In this document: positions 38,501 to 64,000 of the stretch, in pieces
Numbering within the stretch: position 1 is the first letter of the stretch
How the letters are laid out: the number at the start of each line of letters is the position of its first letter
Assembly (NCBI GenBank): GCA_002633005.1
Contig: NMRA01000101.1
Location: 372,001-436,000, forward strand
Source of the DNA: Phoronis australis
Taxonomy: Eukaryota > Animalia > Phoronida
Reading direction: 5' to 3'
Length of the DNA stretch: 64,000 nucleotides
The notes under the pieces: generated by a model
What the model was told of the DNA's origin: nothing
Database searches by the model: none
Seen by the model: only the letters and a program-made list of their open reading frames with translations
Position numbers and translations under genes: made by a program

Positions 38501-41500
38501 AAAGTCTCGATTTTTGGAAGCCCTTATGCCAAAGTAGAGTACGTCAATATATTTTTCAATGACGTTTTGGAGAACAGTGCATAAAATATAGTTTCTTAAA
38601 GTTTCATTTGAACCCGCTCATATATTTCTGAGATATGATGTTACGATGTTAGCCAAATTTTGGCATTTTCCGGGGTCATTATACTACATTAATTTCATCA
38701 CCAAAACGTTTGCTAAACACTTACATGAACCTCTCAACCAGCAGTCGCGTACAGTCACGGTTATTCTGTGCGAAGTCACTGGTGTTCCTAAATAAAGAAA
38801 ATACAACCATATCCATGGGGGATGAGCATTTCTAAAATGCAGGGGTCAAACAGCTTAAGGGTCTGTTCATAGACACGACTAAGGTACTGTTTCTATCGGC
38901 GAATTGGCGTACTGGCCAGCTCAGTCGGAGAGCCACTAGCACGAGCTCAGCTGGTTGTCTCAAGTGGAAGGTACTTCAGGTCCCGGCTATCGTCAGGGCG
39001 TAACCAATAGAATGACCTATATAAGGGGCTAGTTCATCCATTGCGGTATGTTCTCGCCTTGACGAAAACTGTCAACTCAGCTGTAAGTTTCATTCGTGGC
39101 TGTCTACTCTGACCCTACTTTAATTCGTGGTAACTAGTAAAAACAGACGTTTGACACCAATCCATTTAAATAGTGAGTTTCTTTGCCATTAAAGGCGAAG
39201 GCAACCTTTTTTCATGTCACTTTCTGTAAAAATAAGGTCGTTGATTATCCCAGACATATTTTTCAGTTAAGTACAGATTCTCGCAATTTAATTAATTATT
39301 CGTTCCCTACTCCGGAAATGACGTTTAGGGAGTCAAGAATTACGCACCAATTTGGTTCTGCGTTCGACTTTACTGCGAGGATCTGTATTACTGTTGTTTT
39401 CGTACTGTTTTTCTAAAATTGTCGTCACCACTTCCCATCGACGAGTAGGGATTGTTTAGTTTGTAGTCACCTGAAAATGACTGGAGTCGGCGAACCATAT
39501 AACAGTGACCGTAGTGACGTGACATGGGCGGCGCAGCACTGAAAAAAGCCCCTTATGGTGCGCCACCCATGCGTAAGTGAGGGAGACATTGTTCATAGCA
39601 GTGGTCACGAAGAATATTTTCACGGACAGTCAGTGGGTGAGTATATGTTTGAGCCAGAGTATAATGAGGCAGAGTACGCACAGGCACAGGCAGCTGTTGA
39701 GAGGAATAAGGCAGAAACTAAGGACAGATGTGGTGGGACGTCTTGGTGCAAATGCAGGGCGTGCACTTTTATGCCAACCTCAATGGAATGCCTATGCTGT
39801 TCCCACTTGATGGTGACCTGAGCACCCAAACCGCTTACATACCGCCACGTGACTCTCTCGCCCCACACGTAGGTACACCTGGCACCTTCTAAATAGCTCT
39901 AATTAATACTCCATCAATAAACTTGGCTCACCGGCCTGTTCACAGGACGACGAACTGTCCTCCTCACTGGCTTATGAACTGGGCCTGTATTCACTCACTA
40001 CTCAACTTCGCTGCAGGGCTGCTCTAGGCTAGAGACAACAGCACAGGGCGAATCACTGCTAGTTCTCGGAATTACACGCTCTAGGGTACGTTTGGAGGCA
40101 CGGGTGGCAATAGATGAAGTGCTTCCAGTCACTGTAGTGGCCACAGCTCGCGAGACTTCTCGCTTCAAAAATACACTTCTTTAATTGGGGTGGCTATGGG
40201 GCACTGCCGGAAATCAATAGCGACGCTATGGCACCCTTGTTCAGGCGCTGTCCAGCGGCAGAAAATGCTTGCCACACACTCGCTAATTCTCCACTGCTTT
40301 GTAAGTTACGTGGACGGGTACCGCTGCGTTCTTTTCACGAACGAGCCAAGTACGGCGAAGTGTTTCATTTTTCGGAAAGCGATGTAATGGTACACACAGA
40401 GTGAGACGATAATGAGTACACCCCGGTTCACAGCAACTGTGCGGCATGTTAACTAAGGATTTAACTTTCATCTAATATCTATTATATAAAATGCATCGTT
40501 TGCACAAACTCTGTCTCCCCCGCTCCACTACATACCTTCGTTGCGCCCGTAACTCCACAAATGGACTGGCAAAGTAGACGCCTAAAGGCAATGTGCGTGA
40601 AAAGGTACTATGGTAAAGGCGTTAAACATATATCTATGCCCCTCATTGTTTCAACTGCAGTAAAAGATGCGTGGTCGACCAATGATAAAAAGGAAACGCA
40701 ATAAAAGTGACAGAAACCTGTTATAAGCTGAGAAAAACCTCCATGAACTGTTTACTACGTAAGCCAACACTGCGTGTATTATAAGACCAGTCGCCAACCG
40801 ACTAGAGCGACGTCTTTCGTGAAAATGTCCGTGAACGGAATAATATTCAAAGAGGTGTTTTGGCTAAAGTGTCTCTTTTCCGCCTGTCCCCAAATTTCAC
40901 CATTTTTGGATCGGATCAAACGTAATGAGAACGTCTGTGGTGTGACAGGGTCCTTACATGACCGGAAACAATGTGAATATGCGCAATGGCAAATAGGTAA
41001 GTTAAAGGTATTGACAAAATTTAAAACTCCAACCACTTACTCGCCAAGTTGAACGTCTTCTTCGCAGGAAAACGCACATTTTAGGACATTGTCAAGTGTT
41101 GCCATACACACAAGGTTGTCAATTGTTATGAATTTATCCGTCTTGCTTCTTCTAGATTCGATAACTTGCTGAAAATGATAAACTTTTTTTTATAATAATA
41201 TGAGGGAACCAAAATGCGTCATTTCAACTCAGAGGCTATGTTTTAATTTATTGGTCAATGGACTTGTGACTAGAAGCTAATACAGGTGATTCTTAAAAGA
41301 AACATCGGTGTTGACATGAGTCTTTAAAGAATCGCCTTATGACAAGTATCATTTTTGTTCTGTTTAGGAGTCATTCGAGGTCAGTAACAACAAGAACGTA
41401 TAAAATGAAAAAGTGTACTTAAAGTTGCAATCGCCCTGTTTAGTTGGCTAAAAACTAAAATTGAATTAGGATATTTGCGCTCAAACATCGGTCACATAAG

Positions 41501-43851
41501 GTTTCTAACCGTGATGGGGTTCTATTTCCGTTACCAACTCAAGCCATGCGCTAGTTTCGAATTCAGATTTTCACACGTAGGTTGGGCAATCCCAATCAAC
41601 TTAGGGTTTTCTAGAGCCCCCGTGTTCTTGTTGGTAACAATAATAGAACCCTGTCACGGCAAGGGATCTTATGAGACTGAGTAAAAGGCCTAATTCGATT
41701 TTAATTTGAAGCGACTAAACAGGACGAAATGCAGATTTAAATAAAAAGGGTGTATTTCCCGAATAAAAACTCCAAAAAATGTTGCATTTTGGTCTCTTCC
41801 TCTGCTGAAGCGGAGTTCATTTTTACGCTGTTTGGGAGTCATTAAAGAAGAAAGCGTATCGGGTAAAAGAGCACAAAGGCGGATTTGAGGAGGTCATGTT
41901 TTCCGCCCACTACAAGGACGCCGAGGAGAAGATTTTTAAGACACGTTGTTCTGTGGGAATAATCGTAAGCAATTCCCGTAGAAGCACTAGAAGAAATTTG
42001 GATGAAATCAATTTAGCTACAGAAGAAAAGACTGCGTCTACTTGTTAAAGAAGACGGAAACCACAGCTTCCATAGACTGAAATGACTGGTGTTATTGATT
42101 TTTAGATAATTTTCGAATTGGTAGTCTTCAGCACTTTTTCCTCGATTTAAGCGATATCTCACATTGTTAGAAAATAGATCAAATTCCCTTTACGACAATA
42201 TCCACTTTTAACAAATGCTATTGACAAGTCAGAACGTAAATTGTAATTGTAAGTTAGGTACACATAGGCATTTAAACACTGAAATTTGAAAATTTATAAA
42301 GTTAGACGTAAACAGTATAGTTTGTTTCTTTCCGCGACGGAAACGAAGGAAATCTACCCTGATTGAAAACGTGGAAAAAGGTTCAAGAGACATTGTGTTT
42401 AACTTCCAGACTATGCATAAAATCACAGTAGATGTATTTACAAACGTACCAGAAACGTTCCCGCGCACTTATTGTGAACCAGCTGATACTTCTTGAGTAT
42501 CTCAAAATGAAACGCCGGAGTTAACAGCCTTCTCATGCGATGCCAATGATTGCCTTCCGAGACAATGAGACCCTCTCCTAAAAACAGCAGCCAAGATTAA
42601 TTTTACGCATTTAACACAGTCACCTATTTCATTATTCAACAGACACTGCTTTAAATTGTACGCAATATATATTCCATAATATATACCGCCTATATCAAGA
42701 CTAGTGGAAACTTCAGGTTATGCACGTATTTTCCCTACCTAACCATGGTATCAACAAGTCGTAACCACCTCCGCCCACTTGGAAGCGAATCTTGGGTTCT
42801 GAACTTCGCATGACCATTTTGACGGTTTCTGGGCTGACGAGATGAACAATCGGCATATGAGGACCAAGCCATGTTTTGTAAACAGAGCCATACTTCTTTG
42901 TAAGATCCATGTTGTATTCCAGCATCTTCTGCGTCCCAGGAAACTGAAAATAACAAATTTTGAATATCACTACCAACTGTAATAGATTATCAACTTCATT
43001 TTTCTTTCACAAACTACGATGATGCAAAGTAACGGTGATTGTGCTGAATTTAAAACAGAATTCTAACACAGTGTTAGCAGCAAAATCTACTGATTTTTGC
43101 CGAGTGGTAGAGTTCAGTGTATGACCAACACAATAAAAATGCATAGTAGGCCAACTTCATAGTCCCTGAAACACTTCACTAGCAGATAGATTTGATATAC
43201 GATAACCATAAAGATGATGGTAATGATGACAATGGTCATGGATCATTGCGATGATGGCGGTATCGGTAGTGGTGGCGGTGGTGGTGGTAGCTTGGTGGCG
43301 GTGCTGAGTGGTGGTAGTGGCGATGGTAGTGATGGCGGTGGTGGTGATAGCGTGGTGGTGGCGGCGGTGGTAGCGCGATGGAGGCGGCCATCGCCGCCTG
43401 GTGGTGGTGGTGGCGTGGTGGAGGGGATCTCACCGGGTGGTGATGGCGGTGATGGTGTTGATACTGGTGATGGTGGTGATGATGGTGACGGCGATGGTGA
43501 TGACAGTGAGGAGATAATGACGGTGGTGGTAGTGATATCACATACTGGACGATTGCGTGAATTATGATTCTCTTATTGTTGACCCAGTCTCTAAGATAAA
43601 CCAATAGCGTCCTGAACGAGCAATAAACCTTAAGCAGTACGGCTTATCTCAGAACAGTCATCCATCTGGATAACCTAGACGATTGCTTTTTAACCAACCT
43701 GGTGCAAGTTTCCATAAAGCCAATGTTTTTCGGGACCTGGTAGTTTGTCCACCTCTTTTCCAATTCTTTTGATTTCGAGATACGTCTTGTAAAGCCACGC
43801 GAGAATAAACACGAGCAACGCAGAGAGAGCAAAACCTACAATGGCTGCCAT
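29470..43851 (-). CDS. Cytochrome P450, CYP4 clan (CYP4F/4B-like), 12 exons, 502 aa
   Basis: Exons 43851-43699, 42943-42739, 42577-42450, 41168-41041, 38787-38725, 37594-37471, 34865-34736, 33326-33197, 32302-32107, 31815-31742, 30308-30243, 29581-29470 total 1509 nt, in frame. N-terminal anchor, PGP hinge, [14 protein letters not shown], TFMFAGHDTT, ESLR, PERF, FSGGPRNCIG. Confidence 0.93.
30243..30308 (-). CDS. CYP4 exon 11 (heme Cys)
   Basis: [21 protein letters not shown](R)|gtgggt. Confidence 0.95.
30309..30968. repeat. ~42-bp minisatellite (~15 units) with higher-order structure in CYP4 intron 10
   Basis: Unit ~aaaacacgttactcgcatgtcaaactaaaatcgacataac; variant ccggcgttac recurs at 30447, 30620, 30747, 30874. 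Confidence 0.9.
31742..31815 (-). CDS. CYP4 exon 10 (PERF)
   Basis: [24 protein letters not shown](R)|gtgagt. Confidence 0.95.
32107..32302 (-). CDS. CYP4 exon 9 (ExxR)
   Basis: [24 protein letters not shown]...[12 protein letters not shown]|gtaggc. Confidence 0.95.
33197..33326 (-). CDS. CYP4 exon 8
   Basis: [27 protein letters not shown]...DISW|gtaaat. Confidence 0.95.
34736..34865 (-). CDS. CYP4 exon 7 (I-helix start)
   Basis: EGVG...[32 protein letters not shown]|gtaag. Confidence 0.95.
36164..37239. mobile_element. Non-autonomous Kolobok-type element, TTAA TSD
   Basis: ttaa|aggagaacgtcaccc ... gggtggcattctcct|ttaa (13/15 TIR match). Confidence 0.75.
37471..37594 (-). CDS. CYP4 exon 6
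   Basis: [19 protein letters not shown]...[16 protein letters not shown]|gtatct. Confidence 0.9.
37695..38269. other. Assembly gap (575 N)
   Basis: N run. Confidence 1.
38270..38397. repeat. 23-bp GC-rich minisatellite at gap edge
   Basis: (cgcgtcaggcggcaggctgatca)n, ~5.5 units visible; likely continues into the gap. Confidence 0.9.
38725..38787 (-). CDS. CYP4 exon 5 (63 nt)
   Basis: ttatttag|(E)[20 protein letters not shown](I)|gtaagt; phase 2 to 2, bridges exons 4 and 6. Confidence 0.8.
39193..40450. mobile_element. Kolobok-like DNA transposon relic (dead THAP ORF on -, KolX/P2X7-ballast-like ORF on +)
   Basis: - strand [31 protein letters not shown] (THAP C2CH with stops); + strand [25 protein letters not shown]; left end TTAA|AGG at 39189-39195; right end not found. 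Confidence 0.6.
41041..41168 (-). CDS. CYP4 exon 4
   Basis: QVIE...[21 protein letters not shown]|gtaagt. Confidence 0.9.
42450..42577 (-). CDS. CYP4 exon 3
   Basis: [31 protein letters not shown]...|gtacgt. Confidence 0.95.
42739..42943 (-). CDS. CYP4 exon 2
   Basis: FPGTQ...[18 protein letters not shown]...YDLLIPWL|gtagg. Confidence 0.92.
43212..43540. repeat. (GGT/GAT/GGC)n low-complexity microsatellite in CYP4 intron 1
   Basis: Direct reading. Confidence 0.9.
43699..43851 (-). CDS. CYP4 exon 1
   Basis: [21 protein letters not shown]...[15 protein letters not shown]|gttggt. Confidence 0.9.
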
Positions 43852-44536
43852 GTTGTTAATTTTTCACCCCACAGAAATGCGAAACTGCCCGAAGTTCAAC
43901 TGATACAGCTACAGTTGCTCTCTGATAAAAACGCCAGCAGTTGCTTTATTGTTGTTCAACATTGAAACCGGAGACACCTGGCGGGTTCATCAAATTCACG
44001 TCTTCGGTCATTCGCCAGTAGTCATGTCAGTGCCGGTCATCTTGCAAATCTGACCTGGGTTCTGTAGACGCAAGAACCTCGCAAAAACGGAGAAATCATA
44101 CATGCCTTTGCGAGACATCGCTTTTATATAAATAGTTACAGCAAATTTTCGTATCTCGCGGCTGCCTTGGAGTCTGTGGAGTTCAGTCCAGTTTACATCC
44201 ATAGATAACAACTTGCGAAGTAGGCTTAGTTTGAAATTATAAGACGAAATTCAAGGGACTTTAAAAGCTACATTTCGGGGATGTTAAATTATTGGATCTG
44301 TCGCTTGTACTTGCTAAAAAAAAAACGATTCATGAGTAAAGTGTTTTCAAGGCCAACAGACATTGGTGTATTTTCTAATACAAACAAGATTATGATGACA
44401 CATCTTAGGAACACAGTGTGAGCAACTGAGAAATTTCAGTGTTTACTCATAGATTGTGGAGCGGGAACTTTACGACATATCAGTGATAAAGTGAGGGCGT
44501 GCTTCACTATGACAAAGTACCGTCGGTGCCTACAGT
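43852..44536. promoter_or_regulatory. Putative bidirectional promoter between CYP4 and GH1
   Basis: 685 bp between divergent ATGs; TTTTATATAAATA at 44122-44134 reads TATA-like on both strands; WGATAA at 43923, 44203, 44484. Confidence 0.55.
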
Positions 44537-44720
44537 ATGTGGCACAAAGAAGTCCCGGTCATGGCGACTCTCCGTTATGCAGTTATTTTTGCGACCGTCA
44601 TAGCCTTTGCACATGGAGATGCGCTAGTTGGCGACTTTTACTATGGCGCGTTTCCTGAAGGCTTTGCTTGGGGCACGGCTACGTCTTCATACCAAATCGA
44701 AGGCGCTTGGAACGTTGACG
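44537..44720 (+). other. Duplicate copy of GH1 exon 1 (probably allelic/assembly duplicate)
   Basis: Nearly identical to 47094-47277 (A/T amino acid difference); in the block preceding gap 45591-46114. Confidence 0.75.
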
Positions 44721-44876
44721 GTAGGTCATGGTTGATAGCTAGATGTACGTTAAGTTCCCCTCTAACATTTACAACAGGTTACTAATTGTTAGCGATCTTT
44801 CCAAAAGTGATATTCATTATTTTATGACTACACAAATAACTGCTAGAAGCTAATAGCAACTTACTGAACGAATCCC

Positions 44877-45133
44877 CAGAGGTGGATCTACAGGGGAGGA
44901 AGAGGGGGAGGGGTGTTCACTGGGGGTTCAACCCCCCCTCGGGACACTGAGGATCAAAAATAAAAATTGAAAATTTTTTCGCCAGAAAAGCGAAATCAGC
45001 TTCTAAAAGTCACAAAAAATCTTACACGGGAGGGGGGGAGGAACTTCCTCCCGACCTTCCTTCCTCTCGGCGCTACGCGCCTTGGATTTGCTAGAATCTT
45101 AACCCCCTTACTGAAAACGTAAATCTGCCACTG
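44877..45133. mobile_element. CAG...CTG MITE (second copy ~47433-47689 in the duplicated block)
   Basis: cagaggtggatctac ... gtaaatctgccactg, flanked by aatcc; internal similarity to 57258-57506. Confidence 0.65.
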
Positions 45134-45590
45134 AATCCATACTTCTTTCAGCAAAAGCAAGTTCGGTGTTTACCATGAGCACAAACTTTATTTCTGAGCG
45201 AAGATTGATGTTTAAAACGAAGCAGAAATGCATCAGTTTTTATAACTGTTGAAAATGACCGTATTTGCTGTGATTGTTATATCAAATTTTTGTACAAATT
45301 CGGTTGACAAACCTTTGTTCGATTAACACATCAAATTAATTACCGTCTAACGGCTACAAACTCGCGTTCTGCCAATATGTTAGTTTCGATTCAAACTCTT
45401 TGCCGCTTCAAAATCCATTACAGCGCCCTGTCGTTCAGTAACTTTTCCAGACGTGAGCGGTGCTGAACGTGCGATAATATCTGTCTTAACTTAACCTTCA
45501 TTTTTATCAGCCCACCCCAGTCAGACTAGATACGATCTGATCGGAGATTAGAGCAACTATCAAACAAAAGAGCGCAGGCCCTCCAACCAT

Positions 45591-46114
45591 NNNNNNNNNN
45601 NNNNNNNNNNNNNNNNNNNNNNNNNNNNNNNNNNNNNNNNNNNNNNNNNNNNNNNNNNNNNNNNNNNNNNNNNNNNNNNNNNNNNNNNNNNNNNNNNNNN
45701 NNNNNNNNNNNNNNNNNNNNNNNNNNNNNNNNNNNNNNNNNNNNNNNNNNNNNNNNNNNNNNNNNNNNNNNNNNNNNNNNNNNNNNNNNNNNNNNNNNNN
45801 NNNNNNNNNNNNNNNNNNNNNNNNNNNNNNNNNNNNNNNNNNNNNNNNNNNNNNNNNNNNNNNNNNNNNNNNNNNNNNNNNNNNNNNNNNNNNNNNNNNN
45901 NNNNNNNNNNNNNNNNNNNNNNNNNNNNNNNNNNNNNNNNNNNNNNNNNNNNNNNNNNNNNNNNNNNNNNNNNNNNNNNNNNNNNNNNNNNNNNNNNNNN
46001 NNNNNNNNNNNNNNNNNNNNNNNNNNNNNNNNNNNNNNNNNNNNNNNNNNNNNNNNNNNNNNNNNNNNNNNNNNNNNNNNNNNNNNNNNNNNNNNNNNNN
46101 NNNNNNNNNNNNNN
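45591..46114. other. Assembly gap (524 N)
   Basis: N run. Confidence 1.
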
Positions 46115-46254
46115 GAATTATGATTCTCTTATTGTTGACCCAGTCTCTAAGATAAACCAATAGCGTCCTGAACGAGCAATAAACCTTAAGCAGTACGGCT
46201 TATCTCAGAACAGTCATCCATCTGGATAACCTAGACGATTGCTTTTTAACCAAC

Positions 46255-46407
46255 CTGGTGCAAGTTTCCATAAAGCCAATGTTTTTCGGGACCTGGTAGT
46301 TTGTCCACCTCTTTTCCAATTCTTTTGATTTCGAGATACGTCTTGTAAAGCCACGCGAGAATAAACACGAGCAACGCAGAGAGAGCAAAACCTACAATGG
46401 CTGCCAT
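46255..46407 (-). other. Duplicate copy of CYP4 exon 1 (probably allelic/assembly duplicate)
   Basis: Matches 43699-43851 at offset 2556. Confidence 0.75.
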
Positions 46408-47093
46408 GTTGTTAATTTTTCACCCCACAGAAATGCGAGACTGCCCGAAGTTCAACTGATACAGCTACGGTTGCTCTCTGATAAAAACGCCAGCAGTTGC
46501 TTTATCGTTGTTCAACATTGAAACCGGAGACACCTGGCGGGTTCATCAAATTCACGTCTTCGGTCATTCGCCAGTAGTCATGTCAGTGTCGGTCAGCTTG
46601 CAAATCTGACCTGGGTTCTGTAGACGCAAGAACCTCGCAAAAACGGAGAAATCATACATGCGTTTGCGAGACATCGCTTTTATATAAATAGTTACAGTAA
46701 ATTTTCGTATCTCGCGGCTGCCTTGGAGTCTGTGGAGTTCAGTCCAGTTTACATCAGTAGATAACAACTTGCGAAGTAGGCTTAGTTTGAAATTATAAGA
46801 CGAAATTCAAGGGACTTTAAAAGCTACATTTCGGGGATATTAAATTATTGGATCTGTCGCTTGTATTTGCTGAAAAAAAAAACGATTCATGAGTAAAGTG
46901 TTTTCAAGGCCAACAGACATTGGTGTATTTTCTAATACAAACAAGATTATGATGACCCATCTTAGGAACACAGTGTGAGCAACTGAGAAATTTCAGTGTT
47001 TACTCATAGATTGTGGAGCGGGAACTTTACGACATATCAGTGATAAACTAAGGGCGTGCTTCACTGAGACAAAGTACCGTCGGTGCCTACAGT

Positions 47094-64000
<16,907 letters not shown>

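Noticed and set aside
39555-39821. P2X7 receptor gene
   Set aside because: Only the Cys cluster is present, with no P2X channel domain, and it is paired with a dead THAP ORF; a transposon relic fits better.
43214-43604. Gly/Asp-rich (+) and His/Pro-rich (-) ORFs
   Set aside because: Low-complexity trinucleotide repeat in CYP4 intron 1; exons 1 and 2 join in frame without it.

Overview
AT-rich, intron- and repeat-rich animal (invertebrate-like) scaffold with two N-gaps (37695-38269, 45591-46114) and single Ns at 17486 and 61609. Three spliced genes were reconstructed by hand with phase-consistent GT-AG junctions. (1) ADCK5 (aarF/UbiB atypical kinase, + strand, 2962-23802) has two divergent, same-phase copies of exon 11 that can only be used one at a time, i.e. 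candidate mutually exclusive exons. (2) A complete 12-exon CYP4-clan P450 (- strand, 43851-29470, 502 aa) has Ala in place of the I-helix Glu used for covalent heme attachment. (3) A secreted glycoside hydrolase family 1 beta-glucosidase (lactase-phlorizin-like, + strand, 47094 to window end) lies head-to-head with the CYP4 across ~0.7 kb. Two ~2-kb near-identical duplications abut assembly breaks and are probably uncollapsed haplotypes. Introns hold a Penelope-like inverted repeat with a hammerhead ribozyme core, a Kolobok-like relic (THAP plus a P2X7-ballast/KolX-like Cys motif), TTAA-, 5-bp- and 9-bp-TSD MITEs, tRNA-SINEs and minisatellites, one of which is an amplified splice acceptor. All calls are by eye; no searches were run.
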